Shown: one piece after another, positions 39,191 to 51,900 of the stretch
Layout: every line of letters starts with the position of its first letter
Position numbering within the stretch: position 1 is the first letter of the stretch
Source of the DNA: Mytilus californianus
Taxonomy: Eukaryota
Assembly: GCF_021869535.1 (NCBI RefSeq)
Contig: NW_026262581.1
Span: forward strand, 30,442,001 to 30,506,000
Reading direction: 5' to 3'
Length of the DNA: 64,000 nucleotides
Position numbers and translations under genes: made by a program
The notes under the pieces: generated by a model
What the model saw: the letters and a program-made list of their open reading frames with translations, nothing else
What the model was told of the DNA's origin: nothing
Database searches by the model: none

Positions 39191-42100
39191 AAAAGGCAAC
39201 CAACAAACAGATGAAAGGAAAACCTGTGATTATTGACACTCATAAACTTACAAACTGTAACTTCACATTTGGTCTGTTAAGTTTCTTTATTATTTCTACA
39301 GCTGAAAGGAAATAATATATTTCATTTATCAAACTTGCTGAACTTACTACATACAACTTTCAAGTAATTTGATTTGATAATTTTTATATTCCAGTGTTTA
39401 CCTAGACCATTATCTAGTTGGATCATGTTTAACTTATCATACAAAAAATCTGGGAATTTTAACAACAAATAAAACTACTGATGACGGTATTCCAGTTCTA
39501 AAATTGAATGAGCAAGGTTTTTAAATTTTGATGGGATTTGTGTTGCTCAATCTTTAGTTTTCTGTGGTATGATTTGTTATTGTTATTTGTCTTTTCGTTG
39601 TTTTGCTTATGACCATGATGTTATCAGTTTTTATTGGAATTATGTTTATTTGATTGCTCCCCTCTGTCATCTCCCTTTTTTACATGATTTAAAATAAAAA
39701 GAAAAAAAAAAGGTTCCAAATTTCAAGAAACCTCTTCATAAACTGTCAATGGGATATATACAACAAGGTCAGCAATAGCTCAAAGTGTGTCTATTCTTGT
39801 ATTATGGTGTTGTTGGGTTGCTGAATCATTAGCATATACTTAAACATATCTACACATTAGCAACATATCATTATATACAACACAGTTCAGTTTGCCACTG
39901 AAGAACATAAAAAAAATTATATTTAATAACTGTCCATCCTCTAAAGGACTGAGTTGTAAGTTGGGTTCCAATTGGGCTGTGGTATCAGATAAGATTTGTA
40001 AAAAGGTAACAGAGGCCAAGTTATATAAATGGCTCAGTTGATTGATTGATTGTTGGTTGCCTAACGTCTGGCTCAGTTGAAGTATCTAATAACAAATGAA
40101 TAATCTATTCAAGTTTGTGGTTTATTCTTAGCATTAAAATACATTGAAAGAGATATTAAAACAACAATAAGTTTTAAAAAATATTAGTTCAACTGTTTCA
40201 TATGAACTTGGTATGAATTGATTCCATTTACCTTTATGAACATCGGTTAAATAATATCCTGGAATAGTCACACTGTCATTAATTGGCTCAAGCATACATG
40301 TCAGTCCTTCCTGTGAAAGTAAAGAAAGAAAATTTTTGTTGTAAGTTGAGAACATTTATTTCTTTATCATACCCTATTTATGCAAATACATGCAGAGACT
40401 TGCATTTTGTTTTACAACCAAAACCAAACATGTATTTACCAATTTTGGGCGAGATTCTGCTGAAAATTAAGTATCTGAATTAAAAGTACTGGGTGATTCT
40501 AGAGCAGGCAGACAGTTAGTTGCTGAGAGTACCATTTACCCAGTAATAGGTGCATTCAGATGAGAGTATCATTTACCAAGTAATAGGTGCATTCAGATGA
40601 GAGTATCATTTACCCAGTAAAAGGTGCATTCAGATGAGAGTATCATTTACCCAGTAATAGGTGCATTCAGATAAGAGTATCATTTACCCAGTAATAGGTG
40701 CATTCAGATGAGAGTATCATTTACCCAGTAGTAGGTGCATTCAGATGAGAGTATCATTTACCCAGTAATAGGTGCATTCAGATGAGAGTATCATTTACCA
40801 AGTAATAGGTGCATTCAGATGAGAGTATCATTTACCCAGTAGTAGGTGCATTCAGATGAGAGTATCATTTACATGGTAAAAGGTGCATTCAGATGAGAGT
40901 ATCATTTACCCGGTAATATGTGCATTCAGATGAGAGTATCATTTACCCAGTAATAGGTGCATTCAGATGAGAGTATCATTTACCCAGTAATAGGTGCATT
41001 CAGATGAGAGTATCATTTACCCAGTAGTAGGTGCATTCAGATGAGAGTATCATTTACCCAGTAGTAGGTGCATTCAGATGAGAGTATCATTTACCCAGTA
41101 ATAGGTGCATTCAGATTGATAAAGGTTTATAACATACATTTTGTCAGAATAATTTTCTGTTTTCATATGTTGTAATTTTTATAAAAAAAAAAATGTTTTC
41201 AACTCTTCAGGTTATAATGAATTTAAAAAGTGTCATGTGAATAAAAAATTTGGCCAAATTCTTTCCCATTTAGGAAAACTTAATGTTAAATATAAAATTG
41301 AGAATGGAAACAAGAATGTGTCAATTAATGTGCATGTATTTTATATAAATTGCTTATTTTCGAGCTTCCCATCCCATATCTCCCATGAACATGTAATCGA
41401 TTCTATTTCTATAAATCAAAGTTTTCTACTCTTACTTTTGCAAATTTATCAGCAATCAAGGCAATATTCTCTAAATAAGTCTCATCACATAGCTTCTGGT
41501 CCAAACCTTTTGTCACACCTGCCATTACATGGATTCTGAAATAAAAGTTCAAATGTTAATAATCCTTTACCAAACAATCAAGGTCATATTCCTTAATGAA
41601 AAAGGTTTAAATCAGTTATTGTTCTTCGCACTGTTTCTCAATTTCGTTTAAAGCTTACCAGTACTACATGCTATACTATTTTGCTCATTGTTAAAGTCAG
41701 TACTTTATGATATAGTTCTGACATATCTTTGGATAAAAGTAATTGAATTAATTACATTGGCAATGTAATTAATTACATTTGAAAATCAATGTAAAAAGTC
41801 TTTACTATTCATTACTTAATGAAAAAGGTTTAAATCAGTTATTTTTTCTTTGCACTATTTCTCAATTTCATTTCAAACTTACCAGTACTACTATTTTGCT
41901 CATTGTTAAAGTCAGTACTGTTTACATCCTTGTCTTTTGGTCTTTGCTGGATAGTTGTCTCGTACCACATCTCCATATTTTGTTATTTCGAATAAACTCT
42001 GTTTGTACTGATTTCAGGTAACTCTCATTTTAAAATTTAGGTCACAAGAAAAACTGTACACATTATATCTTGCTTTCAGTAACAAAATAAAAATTAAAAC

Positions 42101-45100
42101 AACAGTTATTACATATCTTTACAATCTTTTTCATGTAAATACATTATTACCTTAACTACTTTAATTTATTATATTACATGCATAATAAGTCTTACAAGAA
42201 TGTATCACTTTACCTTTTGCAATCCAAAGCTTTGGCATACTGTATATTAATGTCAACATTATCTTGGAATTCTTTTTTTCTGTCAGGTAATGCTGCAATG
42301 CCTCTATCACCATTTCTAACGTCACCTTTAATTAGCAAAACACAAAATTATTGTAAGTAAAAAAAAAACACAATATTAATGAACAAAAATAATAGAAAAC
42401 TCATGAAATATAGTTCTGTGACCATGTCTAAGTGCTATGCTGTTGAAGTTAGATCCTCTTCAGGTAGATTATGTACTATAAACATGCAGTCAGGGGTATG
42501 ACTTGTGCAAATCAGTTTTACTAGCTAGTTCAGCACTTAAACTAATTTTTGAGGTCGAGCTATCTCCCTTAGTCAACCAGATTTATTTTTTTTGAGAACT
42601 TTTAAAGTTAGCACTTAGAAATTAATATTTTCTATTCTTCTTCAATTTCTCTTCATTACATCATGTACATTGTTCTAATAGAGTGTTTTAATGACCATCG
42701 TTAAAAGTTGTCTTTACTATTCATAAAAGTACAATTCCATGGGCAATGAAAATATCATATGTCAATAATTGTCAAAAAAATGCATATTTGAAAGTCTCAG
42801 TAGAAGGAAATATTGGTTTTAATCACATTGAATATACATCATAATTTTTTATATATCGATCAACAGCAAGAATAATTCTTGAACTTCTTAATGATATCCC
42901 ATCAAATACACTATTTGAAAAGGTTTCTTGTCTCAGATTAACAGATTGTTTAATCTACCATAAGGCCTTATTTATATATACATAGATGTTCATAATTATG
43001 GATCTCTAGAAGAATATCTGTGAAACAAAATCTTCTATATAACAAATAGTAAAGGAATGCAACTTATTATAAGATCATGCAATTACAACTTTACTGAATA
43101 TATCAAAGGCAAGAACAAACACATTTAAAAGGTCTTTAGCATTCCCCGAGTGGTCCAACTATATGGAATAAAATAAGCTTCCAGAAGCACTGTTACACAT
43201 GTCAAATAAAAATACTTTTAAATCAAATTGGTTTAGATTTTTACTGCATAATCCAGGATTTATTAAATGATGTATTTTAAATATCAATAATTTCTTCTGT
43301 ATAACTTATAAGGACTGTTTTAGCATGTTTAGATTTAAACGGATGGGGGAAGGGACGCACGTTTTTAGACCCCCAACCATGTTAAATTTTATCTTGTCTT
43401 GTTATTTTTTAAAAAGTGGAAAGAAAATGCAGTCACCCACAATTTATTAATTTGCGTGCCCTTGAGGTTAAATTCAACAATAACTATTAAAGATATGCAG
43501 TAATAATATATGTCATGTTCAATATAGAATTTTACAAAATTTCAGAGTTGTACTCTTTGTCTTTTTGTAGTTTTAAAAATATAGACAGAAGTAAGTGGTA
43601 TATCACATCATAGATATAATAGCCATAGATAAAGTACTGGACCCACATCAAAAGCAGATGATATTTGCCGAAATTTTATCACCCTCTTATTATATACATG
43701 TCACGCTTGGTGTCAATTGCCGTCGATCCATATCTAATAAATTGTGAATCGGGAGACTTTTAAACACACGAATGTGCTACGTAATGAATTTTAACCATAA
43801 TAAAAAAAACGACTTTTTTTTTAACTCTGCCAGGTCCAAAGCTCGGATAAAATAGGAGGGAAGTCATGAGAAGTAAATACATGTATTGTAAAAGCGCAAA
43901 TGTCCTATATGAAAAATGCAAATGTCCATTTAAAAAAGCACAAACGTCCCGTCGCAGCGGCTGGAAGGGATATATAGCTGAATTTATAGTACGAATCACA
44001 CCTCTAACACAATTGTAAGAAGGAAGACGAAAAAACCATGAATGACAAAGGACAAAACTCCTATATTTTCATTTTATCATAGCCATTATAACGCTTAATC
44101 TATATATTGTTTACTTCAAAAATGAAATAGACAATCAGATTATACCACCATCTATTTAATAGCAAAACAAGCACAAAAATGTTAAGCGGAAAGGTATATA
44201 GAAGAAACAAATTCAGAGACATGATTGTGCTATTTCCCAATTATTTAATGTATTCAGTGTGTCCACTACATACGTTTTCTTCACCAAACGGCGTTTAATA
44301 AGTTTATAATGTACTCCTTTTTTTCTCTTTATTTTCTAAAACTTCGTGTTACGACAGAAAGTTTCAACACTTGTAAAAATCTTTTTTCTTTTCTAAAAAA
44401 TAATCATTTCTTCTTTCTGGCATAAAATATGATTACACTATTTTGAATCTCGATAAAAAAGAAATTTCTTTAACTTGCCATAGAAAAATTCGACCAGGTT
44501 CGACCTCTTAACCATGTATACCATCAGTAAACGATATGTCTCCTCTTGTCAATGATACAGGTCTTATTTTCCGAGTGCAACCGATGCAAGTGCTATGACA
44601 ATTTAATTTTACATGCCTATTAAGTCCATTTTCCATGATTTCTCTATTTTATTATTTCAACAACAGCATCACCTTTTCATTTGTTGGCCGATTTTCTCCA
44701 AATAAATTACAATCCGAACAACTTTTACAACCAGATGCTTTATATTGCTTCTGTGTCACAGTATATTATTACTTGAGACAGGTAACGCATATTAATTAAC
44801 GGTTGATAAGACGAGTGCCCGATAATTTAAATATAATTATGATAAGTAATTAGTCTATTGAGAGGATGTCGGCAAATATCATCTACATCATAGGCCACTA
44901 CACGCAGTATACGCATTGCCCTGCTTTTGATATTTCAAAGGAAACAACATGGGGCTCAGTGTGACAAATTCTGAGTACTTTATCTATGGCTATTATATCT
45001 ATGATCACATGTACTAGATTTTGACCTTAGAGGAACCTTAACAGTTACAGAGGATAAAAAGAAAATTTAGTGACTGAAATATGACATGCCTGGATAGCCA

Positions 45101-45369
45101 TTAAATAAAACATGCTCTAGTCCTAATTTCTTATTGACATTTTGTAGCTGTTCCTTTGGTTCTGCAAATGGAAAAGCGCATTCAACATAATGGAAACCCG
45201 CTTTCTTCGCTTTTTCGTAGCGCTCTGATATGGATTTGGCTTCAGGAAAGAGCGTAGTTAAATTAGCTGCTAGTTTAAGAGGCATTACATCTGTTTGTAT
45301 GTTTCTAACAAACGTAACACCTAATTTATGCAGAACTGTCAAAGTTGCAGACGATTTCACAGGTAACAT
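34170..45369 (-). CDS. HYI: Hydroxypyruvate isomerase (xylose-isomerase-like TIM barrel), 8 exons; 264 aa from ATG 45285 or 292 aa from ATG 45369
   Basis: Exons 45369(45285)-45090, 42325-42214, 41535-41436, 40310-40232, 39301-39252, 37971-37902, 35826-35692 and 34222-34170 join in frame. Motifs: LAANL, GFHYVECAFP, RIHVMAG, LEPIN, DFFHMQ, GHIQVAQAPDRTEP, GYVGLEY, GDTVEGLRWL. Confidence 0.95.
35384..35640. mobile_element. MITE in HYI intron 7, with an inverted partial relative at ~36085-36232 in intron 6
   Basis: TIR GGCAAAA...TTTCCTGTCTC / GAGACAGGAAA...TTGGCC; TTA/TAA flanks. Confidence 0.65.
35692..35826 (-). CDS. HYI: HYI exon 7
   Basis: HIQVAQAPDRTEPGFQGEVDYSYVFKLLEDHGYDGYVGLEYMPK; TTTTAG acceptor, GTAAAC donor. 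Confidence 0.95.
36683..37147 (+). mobile_element. HINE/Pearl-like element with two 169-bp units
   Basis: GGGCCCCGC (36717) inverted with GCGGGGCCC (~37133); units at 36766 and 36935; GGACGGAC tract; 3' hairpin. Confidence 0.75.
37902..37971 (-). CDS. HYI: HYI exon 6
   Basis: DFFHMQLLHGNFTENFKKYYPYI(G); TTGCAG acceptor, GTATGT donor. Confidence 0.92.
39252..39301 (-). CDS. HYI: HYI exon 5
   Basis: (A)VEIIKKLNRPNVKLQF, 50 nt; TTTCAG acceptor, GTAAGT donor. Confidence 0.92.
40042..40068 (-). mobile_element. 27-bp retroposon 3' tail with 12-bp TSD
   Basis: Reverse complement GACGTTAGGCAACCAACAATCAATCAA; TSD TGGCTCAGTTGA at 40030-40041 and 40069-40080. Confidence 0.7.
40232..40310 (-). CDS. 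HYI: HYI exon 4
   Basis: EGLTCMLEPINDSVTIPGYYLTDVHK; CACAG acceptor, GTAAAT donor. Confidence 0.94.
40524..41116. repeat. 37-bp minisatellite, about 16 copies (HYI intron 3)
   Basis: Unit TCATTTACCCAGTAATAGGTGCATTCAGATGAGAGTA. Confidence 0.95.
41436..41535 (-). CDS. HYI: HYI exon 3
   Basis: IHVMAGVTKGLDQKLCDETYLENIALIADKFAK; TTTCAG acceptor, GTAAGA donor. Confidence 0.93.
42214..42325 (-). CDS. HYI: HYI exon 2
   Basis: (G)DVRNGDRGIAALPDRKKEFQDNVDINIQYAKALDCK(R); AAAG acceptor, GTAAAG donor. Confidence 0.92.
43609..45003. mobile_element. Non-autonomous P-like element, 30-bp perfect TIR, 7-bp TSD (HYI intron 1)
   Basis: TIR CATAGATATAATAGCCATAGATAAAGTACT; TSD ATCACAT at 43602-43608 and 45004-45010; internal secondary IR GATGATATTTGCCG. 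Confidence 0.85.
45090..45369 (-). CDS. HYI: HYI exon 1 (GC donor)
   Basis: MPLKLAANLTTLFPE...LFNGYP(G), preceded by a 28-codon in-frame extension; donor CAG|GCATGT. Confidence 0.9.
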
Positions 45370-45660
45370 GTGCTGTTAAGTTGGACCGGATGTTTACATT
45401 ATAAAAGCTGGATCTTTTGGAAGTTTTCTTACACGTAATTTATCCTTTCAAAATAAAGCCTAAAGCTTACATTGAATGACTTTTGTGAAGTAATTTCTCA
45501 TTCGACAATATTTTTGATTTTATCCAATTACAATGCGGGTATTGCCAGGGTTTAGGTAAAACTACAAAAATGGATGAATCATAGATATTTTGCTCCCTGA
45601 ATCTTGAAATCGAAAAGTGCCTGAGTAAACATAACCAGAAATTTATGTAAAAAAGGTGAG
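45370..45660. promoter_or_regulatory. Putative bidirectional promoter between HYI and FBXW9
   Basis: Divergent genes; ETS-type ACCGGATGT at 45385-45393; candidate plus-strand donors AG|GTAAAA at 45556 and AAG|GTGAGA at 45656 for a non-coding FBXW9 first exon. Confidence 0.5.
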
Positions 45661-46033
45661 AGCTGTTTTTGTAAGTGGCTAGACATCAACATTGTCAAAT
45701 TTATAAAAACTTTATGACATTTCCATAGATGGACTAAGTCTAAATATCCTTCTTACTTTTATACTTATAATTTACATGGAAAGGTTTTTCTGGTTTGACT
45801 GCACAATGAATCCATAACAAAAAGCCTGTAAAATTCTTTTGGGAAAATTTTTAATCAACCACCACACCTACAATTCTGGCCGTTAATTTTGTTTGTCTGA
45901 ATAATCGTTCATTTATCATAATTTATGTTTACAAACTCATCACATCAAAACTATTATAGGTTAATATTAAGCTACACATGTAATACAAGGAAAACTGGTA
46001 TCTTCATCTACAGAATACCTCTTTGACTTTAAT

Positions 46034-46190
46034 ATGTTGAAGATTACAAGAAGTCACATTCATGGTATATCAATTCAGCTTTCAAGACGTTTTGGCCACA
46101 CTACCAGTTCAAAATGTTGAAGATTACAAGAAGTCACATTCATTGTGTATCAATTCAGCTTTCAAGACATTTTGGCCACACTACCAGTTC
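46034..46190. repeat. 80-bp tandem duplication
   Basis: ATGTTGAAGATTACAAGAAGTCACATTCAT... starts at 46034 and 46114. Confidence 0.9.
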
Positions 46191-47075
46191 GACAACAGGT
46201 CGTTTCGGCCACACTATAAGATTGGCTACAGTTGTTTCAGCCTGAGTTGATTCAGTAATACTTTTTCATATTGTTCTTAACATGCATATATAACTTATGC
46301 ATTAATTGTTTTGACAGAAATTTGTTTTGAAAAGAAATATTACTTAAACAAAAGTGATTCTGCCATAAAGTGCATCTGCTCTGAAACAAGAGGACACACG
46401 ACTTTCTTATGTCACACATGATTAAGACATTAATAATGTTTCCATTTGACTTTGGTTTGATTAATTTATTTTTTATAGCAAACTGAGACATTTGTTCCAT
46501 TACAAAAACTTGTATGAGAAACATGGTCACCAATGGTATTCATACTTCTGGTGTGCTGATTCCATTTTTAACAGAAATATGTTTGATAATGTGCCATCCT
46601 CTTATTGAGTTGTTTCATCTGCATTCAAAATCTCCTTATTTCTATATGGTTTGTTGATGTGTCAACATGGAGTAAAAACCTCAATTCTAATTACTGTAAA
46701 CATATTTTATTTAAGAAATCGATATAATATATAGCTACAAGGGTAAAGACAAATACGAAATATACAAGAGATTCAATAATTGGGATTAGGAAACAAGAGC
46801 AATTGAAGATGACAAATAGTACCAGTCACTTTTCCTCTGCTGAAGGGAAAGCTCAAACGAGAGCAGCAGTTAAAATATACATACAAAGGTTCCAATTTTC
46901 TTTACATGATGTCACAATTTCTCTGGTGAAGGGAAGGTTTAAACAAGAGCAGAGGTGAAAATATACATGCATGCAAAGATAAAAATAAGAAGATGTGGTA
47001 TGATTGCCAATGAGACGACTCTCCACCAGAGACCAAATGACATAGAAGTAATCAACTATACATGTAGGTCACTGT

Positions 47076-48309
47076 CAGTGTTCCCGCCTGCCCTAAATAG
47101 AAGGGCGGCCCGCCCTTGGTGCCCTTACCCCCGCCCTTCTGCCCTCCAAAGCAAAAGAATGCACCCCTCTGCCTTTTCAAAAAATTAAAATTTCCAAATT
47201 TCATGCCTATCGGCGTTTCCGGTAAAATTGTTACCTGATTGTGTAACACTAATTAACTGACAATGGGATTAAGTTAAATACCTAATGCCTTTAACAGTTT
47301 TATCACCTTTGTTAATGATTGTTTACTGCTAATTAGTGGATTTAAGATAATTGAAGAAATACTAGATATTTAATACAGAATGAAATGTCCACATGTTATC
47401 CATTTGTAATGTTTATGTACAGCATGTACACCTGAAAAAATGTATTTCAGTAGGCATAATATCAAAAATAAAATCTAAAACAATTTTAAAGGCACACATA
47501 GTATTGACTTAGTTAGTAAAAAAATGTTTTGTTTCATAACCATGAGTATGAAATTTAAAGAAGAATCAAAGAAATTTGTACTTTGAACATAACAAGTTTG
47601 CACCACTTCCTGTTTTACTTCTTGTATTTTATAATCCTCCTTTCATAGGAGCACTCAACAAATGCTTTTATTTTTAACAATGATGGAGAAAAAAGTAACT
47701 GTTTATACCTTCTGCAATATATGCAATATATTATTGTATCAATATAATATGATCATCTCCTGTCTCACCTGTTATATTTATAAAACTCCTTACTTAGGAG
47801 CACTTTGGTGTGCACTTAAAAATATTTTTTTGTAACAATTGAAATGATAATAAATCACTTTAATAACAATATACTATATGTTTGTTCAAGCAATTTAAAT
47901 GTAGATAATTTAATTAGATTAAACATTCAATTTTGCATATATAACTCCATCTTTCAAAACATACTTGTTTATTTTTGTAGACTGGTATAAGTTATAAAAC
48001 ATTGAAATTTCTGATAATTATTTTCCTTATCAAATGTACAAGTTTGTCTAGATTAACATCAAAATGATATGCTTTGCTTCATGGTATGATAATTTGATAA
48101 AAAAAATTCTTACTGGAACCAACATCAAGAACAGATTAATTTCTGAATATGGTTTAAATACAACTAATGTTCTCCAGTTGAGCCTAGCAGTATTCAAGGT
48201 AATTATTTATACACTGTCCAACAGTGCCCTTACAATCTAGGTTATTACGCTAAAGTGCCCTTTCAGACAACTAGCACCCTTCTGCCCTGAGATTCAAGCT
48301 GGAACACTG
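47076..48309. mobile_element. 1.2-kb non-autonomous TIR element, 5-bp TSD, inserted in a dispersed repeat
   Basis: CAGTGTTCC / GGAACACTG; TSD ACTGT on both sides; GCCCT subterminal motifs; host continues across it (compare reverse complement of 26220-26260). Confidence 0.85.
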
Positions 48310-48570
48310 ACTGTACAGCCTTCAACAATGAGCAAAACCCATACCACATGTAAAGGTTCCAATTCTATTTGTATGATGTCATAATTCAGCTGATGAAGGG
48401 AAGGTTCAAACGAGAGTAGCAGTAATGATATACATGTAAAGGTCCGGTTCTTTTTGTATGATGTCGTAATTCCTCAGTTAAAGGAAGGGTTCAAACATGA
48501 GAGATTATAGATTTTCAATAAATTTAATCTTCAGCTCACATTCATTTTTACTTTCAGAACAATAGTTAAC

Positions 48571-48943
48571 ATGGAACAGAAAGAGACTGATATCTGTAAC
48601 AAGCAAAAAGATCCAGATAACATCACAGACAGTGTAGAAGGAAAGACACTTTACTCAGACTTTGACAGAAATCTCAACCACCAATTTCCTGCATCAGACT
48701 ATGACGACCAAGGAGGAAATTATGACCCAATTTCTGAATTATCACAACTTTCAATCGACTCCTTAACTTTAGACAAATTACCTCTTGAACTATTGATACA
48801 TATATGCAATTTCCTGGAAGCAGGTTTTGTTATTCACACTTTCAGCAAAGTGTGTCAGTTGTTCAAAGACTTATTTGAAGGTGATTCATATTGGATAACC
48901 AGAATAAGGAAAAGGTGGCCCAAACCATATCCACCTGTTTCAG
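48571..48943 (+). CDS. FBXW9: FBXW9 first coding exon (F-box); exon begins at acceptor 48557|48558, so a 5' UTR exon lies upstream
   Basis: ctttcag acceptor 13 nt before the ATG; donor CAG|GTACAT. Confidence 0.92.
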
Positions 48944-51900
48944 GTACATTGTATGATAATTATATATAAATAATACTTTTATATCATGATTGTATGTATC
49001 AAAGAGTATCAGTTTGAATAAAGGGTGATCAGGGTAAACATGGTAAATATTATTGAGATATATATATAAATATATAAATAAGCAATAATAAATCCCATAT
49101 ATACATCTTATTTCTTGCAAGATGGAGTTTGTCCTTTTTAATTTGCAATTCTTGCAACTGAAAATTATTAAGGAAAAGTCAATTTAAGATGATTATTGGC
49201 TATATATAGGCATTTTTAGTTTAATTCAATATATTTATTCAACCACAGGCCATACCTTTCCTACCTTTAAACATTTATATTCTATCATTTCTTTCAGATG
49301 AAGATTTTAATTGGCAAGAAGCTTGTATAGAAAGAGAGAAGTGTTGTCGAGTATGGTCAGATACAAAGAATCAGACAGAATCAATCGTGTATAAAGATAC
49401 TATATTTGCTCCAGTGGATTCTGTTCATTTGATGGAAGTAAGAGGAAACATTTAAAACTTTGGTATAAATGAAAGAGGGTCTAGATGGGTTTACAGAATA
49501 GATAATGAAAAGCCAAAAAATAAAGGATTTAGGAAAGTGGACCCAAAAAATAAAGACTTGAGTAAAATGGTGTGCTCACAGTTATGGTTAGAAAAAAATG
49601 AAAAATAGAGAAAAATGACCTATAAAATTATAGAATGCAGAAATTAAGAACTCCCAATCCAGACCCTCATGAGAGGAGATGTTAGGTAAATTTAAATGAG
49701 ATAGCAACAATAAATGAAAAACAATTATTGCAGACAACAACCAAAGACAACCACTGGACTTCAGATTATAAAATGAGTTCCCCAGTAAGTCCAGAGATCT
49801 GACGTCAATTTGCAATCATACAGTACCATTCAAAAGGATCAGCTCTCCCACACCCTACACCAAGGAAAATTTCGGAGTCACTCCGAGAATCTCCAATATT
49901 CCTCCCAAAATGTTGGGAGGAATTTAGGAGTAATCTCTCCCAAAATCGCGTAAATGTTAATTGTGATAGCGAGCTCACTCCAAACACCGAGGAATTAATT
50001 GCCCTAATCCTACTTTAATCTATGCCGGCACACGACTGATAGGGTAATTGGATAACCTGATGTCATAAACAATTATATTTCCGGTCTACTGTACCAGTTT
50101 ACATGTAAGTGTCAAACAAGTGTATAATTTTAAATGTCTTTTTATAGTGGTTAAGTTTAATTTTTGTGTTAAAAATAAGTTAAAATATTTTCGTATTTCT
50201 TGCTTGCTAATCTAAAAATATCTTTACCTAAATGGACTTGCTTGTATAAAAAAAAACAAACATTTCCGAAAAAGGTTTATAAAATTTTGTGGAAAATGTG
50301 GAAAAAAACGCGAAATTCTATTTCAAAGCTGAATAAATGTGAGCAGTTTAAAGAAAATAACGTGTCTCAAAGTTTTGTATACAAGTAAAAAAGAAAATAT
50401 TATTCACCATTCGTTATGCTTAATAAGTCTACAGCATTTTCTTTTTACGATTATCTAATTGCTTGAAACAAATAAAAGATTTAAAAGCAAAATGTTGTTG
50501 TTAGTTCTTTCAATTGCATTAAAGTTTTATAAAAAAACACTTACGAAAAGGGACATACTTGTGTAAAAATAAACGGAAACTACCGCTGATTAAATGTGAA
50601 CAGTTTAAAGAAAATTACGTGTCTCAAAGTTTTGTATATACAAGTAAAAAAGAAAATATTATTCAACATTCGTTATGCTTAATAAGTCTACGGCATTATC
50701 TTTTTACGATTTGTTGGCATTGCTTTAGGATAATAATACATTTCGGCTACAACAGGAATACTTCCACAGCTGCACAATGACTCGTCTTTGCATAATATTT
50801 ATTTACGCACAATGAATGTAAACTTGTGTGTTGTATTTTGGACAGCACTTGATCTTAAAAGAAATTAATTTGCTGTGGGAAGACAATTCCACGATACACA
50901 TCTCAGTGTGACTTCGCTCACAATAGTAAATGCTTAAAATAGCTGACATTAATTTTATCCACAGCACGAGATCTTTATATGGCGGGAAATAATATCACGT
51001 ACCAGTAAACTCAGGTGACCTCTCTGAACATCCGTGGGAAAATTCATTCAGGTTTTTAAAGTAGCTTTGTATTAATGATTGACATTTTTGTACGTTAGTA
51101 TTGAGGCTCTAGAAGGTCCTTTTACAATTGATTAACCGGAATCTAAAATATAATCCTTTTCCGAATAAACGAACACACGTCTTCTTTAACTATTTTATTT
51201 TTTATGTTTTATCAGTCAAAACCTACCTGAACATTAGTTATACGTCCATAGTCAACAATATAAATTTATTGTAGATGAAAACACGATGCATGTCGTTAAG
51301 TTGGGCGTTGGTAGAGATCCTCTGTGAAAATATGTAGATCGTTAAAATCCTGTCCACTTATATTTTCTTGTAGCATCTGGGTACGCGATATAATTTCATT
51401 TTAATATTTTTTGTATATATATTTGATTTTTTTCTATAGTAATTGTTGCAATAGTTCATTTTATTTCATTTCGCCAAGGACTTTTAACGAGCAGTAAAAT
51501 ACGGATTGCGCTCATCCAATTTTTTTTTTAAATAATCAAAGATCAATAACAGAGATAAACGATGATTTTTTTCCATATAATTAATTAAGTTGTGAATGTT
51601 GTGTTGTGTCTGGGCGGGAAATTTCTCTCAGTGTTTTGTTTTCATGAATAAAGGGCATGCATACAAAACTTATTCCCTTTGTTTTCAACCATAGATGTGT
51701 CTTTTCGGAATTCAAATAATTCAAGTCGGTCATGTACTGAGGTAGTGAAACATAATATTTTACATTGCAAAATAAATATGCACCTGAAATTTCTTACTGA
51801 GTAAGTCATAAAAGATTCTAATTGTGGTAAAATCGTCTTTGTTGAAAGAACTGACCAGACTATAATAGAAATACAAAATAAGTTTTTTCTTCGTATTTTT

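Noticed and set aside
16241-41116. CRISPR-like look of the 36-, 37- and 45-bp repeats
   Set aside because: Units are directly adjacent with no unique spacers, the context is eukaryotic, and there are no cas genes
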